DNA of 64,000 nt, taken from contig NC_092670.1 in NCBI RefSeq assembly GCF_964355755.1, forward strand, positions 39,110,388-39,174,387, in the 5' to 3' direction. Below the pieces are notes generated by a model. The model had not been told where the DNA came from. It saw nothing but the letters and a program-made list of their open reading frames with translations, and did not search any database. The stretch comes from Antedon mediterranea. Lineage: Eukaryota > Animalia > Echinodermata. This document shows, in pieces, positions 14,601-29,600 of the stretch (position 1 is the stretch's first letter; every line of letters begins with the position of its first letter). The translations under genes and the position numbers were made by a program.

Positions 14601-17600
14601 TTTGTAGAACTAGACTATGTATTAGGAAAGTTTTTGTTACTATTAATAATAATAATAATATTTAACAAAATAATTATATTTAAAAAAAATGATATAATAT
14701 ATAAACCCAAAGCCAGCTGTGAATAACTGCCACCACACCGACTAGTTCCGTGATAACATAATGATTGTGGGAACTCATAACGATGAAGATGAAGACGACG
14801 TATTTCCTACTTACAAACCCCCTTATTTAAAGTGCTGCGTTTTCTTCTTGTTATATTTTCACATCATTGAATATATTTAGATGATGAAGCGCCGACAACG
14901 GATGATTGTCCGTCAGATATTATTGACAACAATACACCAGGAGCAGACGAGAACGTGGCCGTGACGTGGCCAGCTTTGAGCTGGCAAGATAACTCAAATG
15001 CATTCATTGATGTAGATCAATCACACACACCTCCTGACGTATTTCCAATTGGAACAAACGTAGTCGTGTATACAGCCACTGACATATATGGAAATGTTGG
15101 GTATTGCCGTTTCAACGTTACCATTTTAGGTAAATCGAAGTACCATAGTTTAGGCAATGCTTACTGCTATTTGAAATTTGTCGATATTTGATATAATTTG
15201 TTTATTAAACTGATAAGCTGATAAGAACTACAAAAATGGAAAAAATAGCCAACCAATCAAAACTAACTAAAAAAGTAGATATATTTTTAGGCAGCTTGAA
15301 TTGAATTTATTTACCACCGAAACTGTTAATGTAACTAATAATATAGTGTCACTATTGATTGGGTTGTCAATATTATAATAGTTTAATATGGAATAAATCT
15401 AGCCTTACTCATCATCATGCATCCTTCAGTCAAAATTGACTATGGAGAGAATTTCATCAATTACCCAGCAGTGAGTCTGTGTGATCTGATCTAGATTTTC
15501 TTTTCAGATACCTCTCTTCATTTTCCATACGATATCTCTCTTCGCTGTGTGCAAGTCCTGCCTGAAGATATAGGCATGATTTTCGGTCATCAGCTTTTTT
15601 TCTCAGTGTTAACATCGATGTCCATTGCCTTCAAGTCTCTTTTACATGCATCTTTGAAACCCAAATATGGACGTCCTATATAGATCTGGCCTTACTAATG
15701 TGCCACTATTTGTATATATTTAGATAACGAGGATCCTGTCGTTTCATACTGCCCAGGCGATATAACGAATACAACTGAATTTTACGGTAATGTAAACCCA
15801 CAAGTTTATTGGGACGAACCGACTGCAACTGACAATTCTGGAAATGTATCAGTGACATCAAGTAACAGACCCGGTGATACCTTTCAGATTGGAGATAGTG
15901 GAACAGTGGTTACTTACACGTTTACAGATGTTTATGATAATGCAGCAATGTGCCAATTCACAGTAACCATTGCAGGTAAACTATCAATATATAACAACAA
16001 CCGCATTAGTAACTTTAAAGATGTATTGTCCCAAAAAACATAAAAAATAAAGATTATAAAATAAGAATGTGCATAGATTAATTTTGTACTTTTATTAAAG
16101 TTAATCACTTTCGTACAAAAAACCGGAAAAATCAATGTTTTCACCTATAAAATGACAAAATAAATGGTTTAATTCAACCAAAAACCCATTGGCTGGTAAC
16201 TAATTTGCTTAAAATTACAGTTTTTTAGGTAATTGCGTTTTTTTCGATACAATTTTTGGTCAAAGTGAATAACTATTAGGTGACATTAAAATGGCATATT
16301 CAACAAAAACATTTTTAGAATTATTTTTTAAAGGACAATACATCTTTAATAGTATAACGCTAATTTTAGTATCCAGACATTGTGAGGTGATGACGTAAAT
16401 ATCAGGGTTATAATGAAACAAATGAGATGATGACAAACATTTTGTTTTCAAACCCATAGTTTGTCAAGGACAGTTTTTAGTGTAATTACGTACTCATCGT
16501 ACACCACTCTATGAGTGGTGCAAGAGGCTAGTGGGCCGGTCGTGGCCCTCTATTAGCCTCCATCGTCTTCTGAAATTGTCTTTTAAATAGTATGGTTGTG
16601 TCAACTTCTACTGTACTGGCAGGGAGAGCTTTCCATGAATTTACGACTTGTTGGGTAAAAAAATGCCTACGGCAATTTAATCGAGCATTATTATTTTTCA
16701 ATTTCTGTTTATGACCCCTAGTGGCGGTATATTCAGACTTTTGAAAAGTAAATCACTATCAATAGCCACTTTGTTAGAAAGAAAATTATATGTTTGAATC
16801 ATGTCGTCTTTCTTCTAACGTTGTTAAATTAAAAACTTACTATCTGCATAGGGCATGTTATGCAAACTAGGTGGTAGCCTAGTTGCTCTCCTCTGAACTT
16901 TTTCTAATAAAAGAATGTATTTCTTTAGTTAATGAGACTATGCCTGGACTGCAAATTTCAGATACGGCCTGACTAATCCAGTAAAAAGCGATTTAATCAT
17001 ATCAACTGATTTATATTTATTGGATCTTTTAATAGTACCTAACACTCGATTTGCTGTTTTGGCTGCTGCTCATTGTTTACTAGTCTTGAGAGATTTATCA
17101 ATAATCACTCGCAAGTCTTTTTGTTCTGTTACTTCATCTAGGATAATCCCATCAAGTTCATAAGAATGATTCGGATTATTAAATCCTAGGTGCATGACAT
17201 TGCATTTACTAATATTAAAGCTCATTAGGTATTCACGACAACAAAGTGATAACTTGTCAATATCATTTTGTAGTACTCCAGAATCAACCTCGGAATGCAC
17301 ACTTCCAAACAATTTAATAATGTCATCAGCAAATTTCACAATGAATAATTAATGGAAAAATCTATGTCATCAATAAAAATAAGAAAAAGGACTGGTCCGA
17401 GGACCGAACCCTGAGGCACACCACTATGAACGGGGGCCCACTCAGATTTCCTACCATTCACAACAACCCTTTGAGATCTATCACTAAGCCATTTTTTATC
17501 CACATGCAAACAGGACCTTCAATACTATGAGCCAAACCTTTATTCAACAACCTTACATAAAAAAACTTCGAAACGCTGCAGAAGACAAGTTTTCAAAATT

Positions 17601-20600
17601 TGCAATACATTAGGATTCTACGATAATTGTAATGTTATTATCTCTTTTTCAGATCTTATACATCCAGTTATTTACAATATATCTGGCAATTTAACTTACT
17701 TTACTCTACCCGGAGTCAACTACGCGATAGCCATGTGGGAAGATCCAATGGCCATGGACAATTCTGAAATGGTCATTCTCGCAACAACCATTCCATCTGG
17801 ATCTCAATTTGAAATAGGAACTACTGAGGTATGCGTAGTGGCGCTTGATCCGTCAGATAATGGAGATAGAGCTTGTTTTTATGTGACAGTAATAGGTAAG
17901 ATATATACAGAAAAAACATTTGTAAAACATAACAGAATAATCTATGCAATGTGATAACTTCTGTTCTAAGCCAACTTTTTTTCGAAATCAATAGTTGAAT
18001 AGTTTGTAGAATTGTTTATAAGCATCCGCAAACATTAACACAACTTGCTAACATACTCAACAGTGTGCAAACCATGAGGCTGGCAACATTATATGCTAAT
18101 GTTGACAAGTAGACAAAGTTAGTTAACACAGTGGAAGTATAAGTTTGGTAGTTGTTGTAGTGTAGACAAGGTTGTATATAAACACTGACTACAAAATATA
18201 AACAACACCTATGAGCAAATAAATTATGGATTTTTATACATTTAATAATAATAATAAACAATATTTATATAGCGCCTAATGGATCACTGACCCCTCTATG
18301 TGCTTTACATTAGACCCTAACTAATGGTAATAAACTATCGGGATGGAAACGATCAATAATGTGAAAGAATGTAACTATGCTTATTAACTAAGTTAAAACT
18401 ATCCTCCGCCGGACACCATCCCGGTATTTCTGAGTCAAGGTTTCGGGGCCAGAATTAAGAATAGAGAGTAAATGAAGCATGCACTAACTTAACTAGGGTA
18501 TCCTTACATATAGTAAGTTATGAAAGCTCTGTCTACACTATCAAACTTTATGTGACATAAATGTTATATAACATTTACTGTGAATCTATGTTTACACCAA
18601 CAATATCTTGTTTCACCGTAGACAACGAAGCCCCTGTTTTTGTGAGCTACCCAATGGAAGACATTGTACAATTCACAGACGTCGGCGTACAGACAATAGT
18701 GTTATGGAATCTTCCAATTGTTACCGATAATTCCGGCTCTTTTTATATTACCAATGACATAAATGCGGGAGATCTATTTGACATAGGGGAGTATACTGTA
18801 TACTATAACGCCACCGATCCGTATGGAAACACGGCTTTCATCTCTTTCAGAGTCATCATTTTAGGTAAATATGTATTTATCGACGATGTCACAATCACTG
18901 TGTTCAAACCACGATAGGACCATTATTCATTCATTCATTTTTTTTTATTTTGGATAGAATACAAATCATACAAAAAAAAAAAAAAGAGAAACAATTTCAC
19001 CAGGAAATTAAGAAGATAATTAATTAGCCACAAAACCAACCTACAATATTTTAAAATACCAATTTGCACCAACGCTGATGTAGGTTGGATTGTGGAAGTA
19101 CGTTAACTATGGTTTGAATCTAATGAAGACTAATACAACTGTCATGAATTATGTTCTTAAAACTATGTATTGAGTTCCTCCAATATTCATAGAATGATTA
19201 TGGAACGTTATTCGTTACATGCTTGCGCTAATTATATTAACCTCTGTTTAAACTGTAGGTGTAAATCTACGAATGGTAGTCTCTAGCCCTATGGCAGGTT
19301 GTTGTGAAGTACTGTACACCTAAAATCTCCTTTCTCATTCTATATACAGAAACCGACAATGATGCTCCAAATATCACGTGTCCTGAATCAGTAGAAGTTG
19401 AATCTGATGCTACTAGACCGTATGCTACAAATGTCGTCTGGTCGGATATTTACGCGGAAGATTTAAATGGAATTTTTAACATTACAAGTAGCGTTCAAAA
19501 CGGTTCCACTTTTAACTTAGGTGAAACAAACGTCACGTACTGGGCATCGGACACGTCTGGAAATATCGCCGAGTGCACGTTTACTGTAACTGTAATAGGT
19601 GATAATTTTACTGTATTCCCTGTGTGTTTCTAGTGTATAATGTGGCCGTATTTACCAATAACACTTAAGTGAAAAAGTAAGTATTAGAGTTAGGCATACA
19701 GCAGGTACATTTGATTAAAACTATACTGACTGCATTTATTCATTCCTGTTGTAGACATGGAAGATCCTGTAGTGACGAACTGCCCAGAGAATATCACAGA
19801 CACAACAGACTCAGGATCACCAAATGGTATTGTGTCCATACCGTCACCGACCATATCAGACAACTCGGGTTCATACTCAGTAGAACAAACCCCACCTGGA
19901 ATGTCGTTTGGAATAGGAATAACATGGGTTACACTGACTGTGTCAGACGAGGCTGGAAATACGGCAGAATGTTCCTTTACAGTGGAAATTATCGGTAAAT
20001 ATATTATAATACAACATTGTTTCATATCGAATTTTGATTGTGGAGACAACAGAACCAAAACCAAACAAAATATATGTTATAACTAAAAAGCTAACGTTAT
20101 ATAATTTTTTTTTAAAATTACAGATGATGAAGACCCAACAGTCGACTTCTGTCCAACAAACATATTAGTTGATAACGACCCTCAATTAGCAACAGCAGTA
20201 TTGAACTGGACGGAACCAATAGCATCAGACAATGATAGTCCACTAACATTGACAACATCGCATACACCAAATGTTGATCAGTTTTACGTGGGAGATACTT
20301 TGGTGAACTACACATGGACTGATCCATCGGAAAACACAGCGACTTGTCTATTTACTGTTACAGTACGAGGTATATTGCTTTAAAAACGTGTTAGTAGAGT
20401 CAAAGAACTTATAACACAAGAATCTCCTGTTCGTCCGAAGCGCGTAACAATTTCGAAAGGCATTGTGGGATAGAATAGAGCTATGGGTGGCGCCATTGTG
20501 AGCCATGGAGTAGGGCGCCCGCATCAAATTAGAAAGTCAAAATCATAGAGGGGATCTGCTAATGCTCTAGGGAGGATAGAGTAATTGACTGAGGAGTAGG

Positions 20601-23600
20601 GCGCCCGCATCAAATTAGAAAGTCAAAATCATAGAGGGGATCCGCTAATACTCTAGGGGGGTAGAGTAATTGACTTCCTAGTTTGGAGGGGGCGCTGCTC
20701 CATGCTGTGAAATGGCGTCGCCCAGTTTGACCTTTTAACCCTGTACTTCCCATACTGTGTTTTGAATGCAAATTGAAGAACAGGAGATTATTGTGTTATA
20801 AGTTCTTTGGTAGAGTGTATTTTCCAACTGGAACGAATAAACACTTACACAAACATGGCAACGAAGCGACAGTGGCTCGAAAGCATGTTTCAGTGCGTTG
20901 ATGAGGCGATTATGTTTAAAAAAAAAACGCATCTCAATGCATGACTGGCCCATGGCCTAGCCATCAACGATTTCACACACTCATTACATTATTTCATTTA
21001 CCTATTCATGTATAAATCTATTCCTCCAATGGGTCATTATATAAATGTGAATATTCAGTTTAACCTAACTTTATATTCGGCCAGTAATATAACATTACAT
21101 TAATCAAATGATTATTATTAAACAGATGTTGAAGATCCAGTCTATTCGGGCTGTCCAAATTCACAAATTACAGCAGAGACACCAACAGGCCTCAACACAA
21201 CTATGGTTTATTGGATGGCACCAACCGTCACCGATAATGTAGGCGTGGTTATAAATATCTCAGATTATGAACCAAACGATGTATTTTCTATTGGTATAAC
21301 AACTGTGACGTATCACGCAGAGGACGAAGCGGGAAACGAAGCAAATTGCATATTTACTATTCTGGTAGAAGGTAAGATTGTTATCTATTGATTAATTGAA
21401 ATATTTTATTTATACTACTGGGCGACCTCTTCAGTCAAAGACTGGTCTCGCAGAGGACACAGTTATGATTAGTGGATGTGATGTACTAGTACACCGGGGT
21501 GACCCCCTACACGTCTCGAAAGATGTATTAGGTTCTTTAAAGTGCACATGAGCTAGATGTGTAAACTGGACCTATGGTTTATAGAAAACTCGTTATACCA
21601 CAAGAACCATGGGGCCAGTGAGCCTCGAACCCTTGCAGATATTATGGCTACGTAATTATGGTTCCACTATCTTAAGCGCTCGGCCACTCACATTATCCAA
21701 CATGGTTTTTATAAAGTATTTAATGTGAATTGTCGTCTAGATACTGAGAATCCAGTGTTCCCAACATGCAGTCAACTACAACCAAGTGTAACAGTGGAGA
21801 CATTACCAGGTAGAAATTACAACAATGTGACGTGGAGTGTTCCTGAAGCTATTGACAACGACATAGTGACGGATGTGACTTCAAATGCAGAATTTGGAGT
21901 GTTTGAGTTTGGTTCACATGCTATCCTCTACACGGCCTACGACAACAGTGGGAACACGGGTACTTGTGCCTTTTTAGTCATAGTCGAAGGTAATTGTATT
22001 TATATTATTTCTGATAAACAATAAGTACATAGACCAAAACATAAACACTAAATGGATAGGAGACTAAAACGACTATTGTCTTATTTTCTAAGATAACGAG
22101 AAGCCACAGTTAACAATGTGTCCAAACGATACTGATGTTATGCCTGACGTCGGAATGGATTCAGCGCTGGTGTATTGGGATGAACCTATGGTAACGGATA
22201 ATGTTGATAAGACTCCGTTCATACTATCTACTATTGATTCAAATACCACATTGTTGATTGGTTCTCATAGAGTTACTTACACAGCTATCGATCAGTCTGG
22301 AAATTCTGAAACATGTACATTTACCATAAATGTTTTAGGTGAGTATACAGATTTTTTTTTCACAATTAGAACGAAAACAAGATATTTTATTGTAACAGTA
22401 GATGAAATGCCCTTTTGAGAAATGTCTATTTCTCTATAATAAAAATCATGAAACATTATTTTTCTTTTCTTTTTCGTATTCGTACTTAATGTTAGGCCTA
22501 TATCTTGGGGTGTGTCAAACTTAAAGTATTTCCGAATTACGGTATATGACCAAAACCCCCCACCCACATGATTACTTCATTGTCTTTATTATCCTGTATG
22601 TTATTGTGTATTGTGGAAATAAATTGAATTGAATATTATTTTGTCTGTATTAGATGAAGAGCCACCTGAGTTTATGAATTGTCCAAATAACATTACGCAA
22701 CCAACTGACGCAGGTGAAGCTACTGCTATAGTGACATGGACGCCACCAACTGCAACAGATAATGCCGCCACTCCAACTGTTTTATCAACGTTTAACCCTA
22801 GTATGTCTTGTTTTATTTAATTTAAATATAACACTTTTAAAATTAAAAATGTAGTTGTTTAATTCAAAATGTTTTACTATGAAAATTTGTTTTTATCATT
22901 GACTGCAGATCTTAGTAACAACTAATATTTGTATTTGAAAACAATCTGAAATAAACTTTTAACCCTAGTATGTCTTGTTTTATTGTATTTAAATATTAAA
23001 CTTTTTTTTAAAATATGTAGTTGTTTAATGCGAAATTTCTTACTATGAAAATTTATTTTTTATCATTGACTGCAAAATATTAGTTACAACTAATATTTTT
23101 ATTTGAAAACAATCTGAAATAAACTTTTAACCCTAGTATGTCTTGTTTTATTGTATTTAAATATAAAACTTTTTTTAAAAATATGTAGTTGTTTAATGCG
23201 AAATTTCTTACTATGAAAATTTATTTTTTATCATTGACTGCAAATATTAGTTACAACTAATATTTTTATTTGAAAACAATCTGAAAGGAACTCTGGAAAG
23301 AAGCCAAACATTAAAATAATTTGATGATAGTCAAGTGAGATTGACTTGGTTGGATGTAGAGCAATAGTTAATTACGAAGGAAGAGTGTCACACTTCCTCC
23401 TCAATAACTAGTGGAGTAAGCTCTGATTGGTCGATGAGAGAGAAGCAAATGACACATAAACTATTATATTATTTTGTTTACCAGATGACGAATTTGCGTA
23501 TCTGTATGGTGGATTTACGCCAGTATTTTACACAGCCTATGACTTGAGCGGAAACAGCGCCCTCTGCATTTTTTATATCACTATAGAAGGTACAGTATCA

Positions 23601-26600
23601 TTCTGAATACTTGTTATTACAGTGGTTGTGTACATTCTAATTTGCAAACATTTCAAAGACGTAAAATAAAAAGACATCATACATCCATAACAAGCTCGAT
23701 ATATTTATGATTTACCTTATTATTTTTAGATCTTGAGAAACCAGTGTTTCTCTCACAGCCACAGAACATAAGTGTGCCTGCCGTAGATATAGGTGCATAC
23801 GCGTCGGTTATATTTGATATACCAGATGCAACCGACAACGTTGGAGTCATCCTAACTTCACCAATTCCAGTTCCCGGAACCCAATTTCCTTTGGGAGATA
23901 CTCCGGTCGACATCATCGCGTTCGACGCAGCTGGAAACCAGGAGAGGGTGTCATTTGTCGTCACCGTATTTGGTAAGTTGGTCTTTTCAAAAGAGCGTTT
24001 CTAATTTTTTTAAATGTTGTTTTTTTCTAATTTGATGGCATGGTTATTATAAATTGCATCCTTTACAGAGAGACAAGGCCATATAAATGACTGCAGTCGC
24101 GTGCTCAAATTTGAGTTAGTGTTTGCTGACCGACCGACCGACAAACCGACTGACCAACCGACTGACATAGTGAGCTGTAGGAAATAAACGTTAAATAAAT
24201 CAACACGATAGTGTTTAGTACCATTTAGTTCTCGCAGAACACATATTCACGTATTTTCATTAATACATATTGAATTTTCACAGATGATACTGATCCTTCG
24301 TACACTAACTGCCCCGGACAGATATTCTTCAACACTGATTTCAGATCAAGCACTGCAACAGCCGTTTGGCAGGATCTGATTCTGTTTGACAACGACAGAA
24401 TTCAAGAAGAATATAATACTGATATATCTCCATCTTTATTACCTGTTGGAATGAATACCATCTACAACAATGCAACGGATCCTGCTGGAAACTCTGCAGA
24501 GTGTATATTTGAGGTCGTAGTAACAGGTAAACTTGATTAACTTCCTTTAAATCTTTTAAAACAAACAGCAGTCTCATTTAATGCGATGGACTACATTGAC
24601 GAAATGCTTTGCCCTTTTTGCGGTTTGTAACAAACTGACAGAATAATCATAGCATATCTAGAAAATAAACACCATCGATGAACACTACTGCAGATAAAAG
24701 TACTTCATACATCCACACTCTTATCTAGATGACTTGCAATAGTTTGTTAGACTCTATCTAGTGACAGCTACAGAATCGGGTGTAATTGTAAACACATTAT
24801 TTATTGTCTTGGTAGATAACGAGGAGCCATATTATGAAGTATGTCCAAATTCCTTTACCGTAATCGCGTCATCAACTTCTAATGAAACGGAGGTCTCATG
24901 GACAGTGTCAACTCCAAGAGACAACGTAGAAGTTGTTAATGAGACAAGAACACATTCAACAAACGATCTATTTGTGATCGGAACGTATGCAATACGATAT
25001 GAGGCGACAGATCCGTCGGGAAACATAGGAACTTGTGAATTTACACTTGCCGTACAAGGTAAAAAAGAACAAAAGTGTTGAATTTGATTACTAGGCTTAG
25101 GGTACGGAACTGGTTTATGAACTACTTAATTGGAACTAAGATTTCAATACAAACAATACAACTAGGCCTATTATGAATGTGACCTAATATTTATTTGCTT
25201 TAACATTAGAAAAACAACGTACTACCATTCTATGAAACAATCATTTGTTTTATCGGAAACTTATCCCAAAAAAAAATATCAGAAAAAGATCCCAAAGCGA
25301 CTATGCATCTATTATACAATCATACATCACCAGGTGATAGAAATAACACTTCATTAGGCACTAGTGACCTGTATTGACTAGGTTGACAGACACATACTGT
25401 AACCAGGTAATTTCACTCTTCCCTGCTGTAACCTACAGCTTACATGGAGCTGTCTTAACACAAAACGTAGTGTAGGAAATATGACAATATTAGAACCATA
25501 ATTAATTTTTAGATGCCACTGCACCAACATTCACGACTTGTCCGGACGGTCAAACGTACGATGCAGATACTGGAAAAGATGGCACCAACGTCTTCTGGAC
25601 AGAACCTGTAGCCGTTGATAACTCTGGAAACGTTATGACTGTAATCATGACACCAGTCTTGACATCTGGTGATTATTTGACCATCGGACAATACAATATT
25701 AATTTTACTGCCATTGATGCAATGGGAAATATAGGATATTGCTTCTTTACTATTGTAATTGAAGGTAAAGTATAATTGTTTTTAAAACGATCTGTGTTGT
25801 TGAATTTATCTTGTAATCAACGACAGGCACAGTTCTACATTTAGTCAAACAGCCAAAAAGCCAAAAATGTAAATTTAATTAATAAATCTAAGTGTAAATC
25901 TATTACATGATGTCATATCCTGGTTAATCCATAACCATATTTACTTTACAATAGAATTACAAACATTACTGATATTCATTTAAAATTCATAAGATTCCTG
26001 ATATTTTTTTCAAGATAATGAACTTCCAAACATAACATATTGTCCAGAGAACATCGAAACATTACCAGATTTTGGAACTAACACTGCAAACGTAACTTTT
26101 GAGGTACCAACTGCGGTCGACAACTCTGGAAGTTTAAATATTCAAGGCTTTCCTCTACCAGGCTCAGTATTTATGCCTGGTATTAATACTGTCATTTATA
26201 CGTTTACTGATCCCTCTAACAACTACGATGACTGCACGTTTACCGTTACTGTTCAAGGTTTGAAACAGATTTTATTTTAAGATTAATTGTCTGCACTACC
26301 AAACTTAATGTGACAAACAAAATGTGATGTGCCCATTTATGGACATGATGATGTCATATCACTACCATATTTGGGCATATCACTTTTTTGTCAAACTAGC
26401 TTGATAGTGTAGACAGAGCTTAACTATATTGTAATAGTGTAGTATGGTCTTAACCCAACTGTAAAACATGTCGTTAGAAAGTGTCAAGTAAATTTAATCA
26501 TTTAATTAGGGAGAAAAAACAATTATTTTAATACCTTAAAAAACTAATATGACAATCAATAATATTCAATATTTTAAATAAAATTAGATGATGAGGCGCC

Positions 26601-29600
26601 GACGGTTACTGGTTGCCCGTCAAGCATAGACGCGTCAACAGCACCGGGATTGCCGTATCAAGTAGTCAATTGGACGGAGCCAACGTTTATGGACAACGCA
26701 GGTTCACCTCAAGTAGTGAAATCACATGAATCCGGTTCACAGTTCAGTATTGGAGTAACGTATGTCAATTACACTGCTAGTGATTCATTTGGAAACGAGC
26801 GTGTGTGCTCATTTACAATTACAATCTTTGGTAAGTTTTCATACTTAGTCAGGATAGGAAAGGAAATGAAAGATAGAAGTACGTTCAAATACTATAACAA
26901 TGCTACTTGTATAAACTACCAATAAGAAAACCGTCCGTACAACCAGTACCAAACATGGCAAAGGCCCATTTACACTAGGTCGATGACGATCGACGATAAA
27001 TAGATACATATATGTATTTTTCATACTTGAAAAAAAATTTAAACAGTTTTTATCCTAGAACTATAGGATAGCCATCTATGCTGCCTTTGATGAAAATTAT
27101 ATTTTCACATGTTCAATTAAATGACGTCATGATTGGTAAGAGCAATAATATCGTGACAATACAACGATGTTATGGTTTTTATTGACCATTCATCATTTGA
27201 TTGGAATTAAAAAAAATCATTTTTATCAAAGACAACATAAATGATTATCCTATATTTCTAGAATAAAAACCTTTCTAATTTCTTTTGTTTTATGCAAGAA
27301 AAATGTATGTTTATTTATTGTCGATCGTTATCGTTATAGTGTAGAAATGCGGAACAATGAACCCTCAATAAACATGTATGCGACTCGTGAAATAAGAACT
27401 GCTCACCTATCAAACAGTATCAGTACATCATATGTATATGCAAATGTTTATTTTATTTTGTAGATGATGAATTTCCAGAAATAAATAATTGTCCTGAAAA
27501 TCAACGATTAACAATAACGTCAGAGAGCAATACAATTGCAGCAATCTGGACGCCACCAACGGCTACTGATAACTCTGGACAGCCTGCTCTATCATCAAAC
27601 TATCCGAGTGGATACCAATTTCAAAGTGGCGTAACATACGTTATATATGAGGCTAGAGATTCTTCAGGGAACAAAGTTCAATGCACATTTTCAATAACGG
27701 TCAACGGTAGGTTTAAATCTAAGCCGACATGAAATGAGTTAAACATACAGTAGGCCTAAATCAGTTTTTAGTAGTTTCTTTTGTGATATTTTCTCCACTT
27801 ATGATACAATTATCAATGAGTTTACTTTTTCCTACTAAGGATTCTTCTAACAAGAATTATATTGCATTTTTGAGATTTGTAGTGTCAATTTTAATACGGT
27901 TACAATCAGCCATAATTTCGTAATTCCGGTTATAAATAATGTATATCACAAGTACATAACCACCAGGCTTCACCTTCACTGTGATCTATATCTAATATGT
28001 AATGTTTATTCATAGTCAATAATAATATTGCCATGTATGCGCATATATTGCGTTATCATCATCTTATAGAATCATAGTAACCAGTTTTGTCAAAAAATAA
28101 AAAGATCAAAATGTGGTCATTTAAAAAAAATTTCCCTGTACTATACTATTGACAATGGTTTAATAACAAAACCTATGAGTTTCAAGCCTAGTGAATACAT
28201 TTTTTAGACAATCAGCCTCCAGTATTCGTGAACTGTCCAGGCAATATCGACGAAAACACCGACTTCAGACAACCAACGGCGACAGTGAACTGGACAGAGC
28301 CGTACGGTGTCGATAACGTCGACGGAAACCTGACGTCATCAAGTACATACGCACCAGGCTCAACCTTCCCTGTTGGAACTTATACCAACACCTATGAAAG
28401 CACTGACAACGAGGGGAATACCGGTACCTGTGTATTTACAATTACAGTGAATGGTAAGTACTGACCATTGTACAATTATGCACAATGATACATGGTGCTG
28501 GAGATGTGATCAATGAAACTAACAATTCCCTGGTTCCCTAGGGAAAATATGTCAATTTAGGCCAAAAGTATTAAATGGATAAGATAATGTAGAAATTATG
28601 TAACACAATGATTTTTGACTAATGCTTTAACAACATAACATGTGATGTTTTATTTAAATTTCAAGATCGTGAGATTCCACAAATCTTTAATTGCCCGGTA
28701 AGTTTTGTAGTTGACGACACAAATATTGCCAGATGGGCACCACCAACGGCGACAGATAACACAGTTTTAGTGACGTTGACTTCGACAGTTAATCCGGGTT
28801 CAACTTTGGAATCGGGAATAACCAATGTAATGTATACAGCGTATGACCAATACGAAAACGAGGCTTACTGCTTCTTCAGTGTAAACATACAAGGTAAAGA
28901 AATACATTGTTTTAAATTAAAGTATGGTACTAATCTAGAAAGATTAGTACTACTCTGGAAAGATTAGTACTACTCTGGAAAGATTAGTACCTACTCTGGA
29001 AAGATTAGTACTACTCTTTCCTGATACTAATAGACCAGGGAATTATTAATACATTTCAAACAAAAATGGCTTCTGATAAGCATTGAAATACTGTATCTAA
29101 CAACTTGGCATTCGTAATTTATAATTGAACATTTATTTAGAAACAGTTAAAAAAATAAAAGAAGCATACATTTACAATAACTTAAATGGTAACAAACAAT
29201 AGATAAGAAACTGTTTCAGGGATCGGATAAAGAAGCAACCCTTAAACAGAAAAAAAGACAAAAAAGCATCCGCATGAGAAATCATTTGCTATTGTTAGAT
29301 TTATAAATTACAATCCTAAAAAATATTATAAATGTTTCAGATAATTCATTTTGACTCAATTATATTACTCAAATAATAAATATGTTTTTTTTACGGAGTT
29401 TTTAAATATGTTCACGTTTCTGTAGACAGTTCATTCCATAACTATAGGACCATAATACTGTAAAAAAATTGAGTCCTTTTTAGCCTAGAGAATTAGCAAA
29501 AATGTGTTTTAATGTTTGTTTAATATCCATCCATTATCCTCCAAGGAACCGGAGCTCCTGTCATTACGGTCTGTCCCGCGAGTCAAGTAATCGTCGCAAA

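Noticed and set aside
21620-21690. tRNA-like A and B boxes (also at about 59690-59762)
   Set aside because: No intact cloverleaf; these are heads of multi-copy SINEs rather than tRNA genes.
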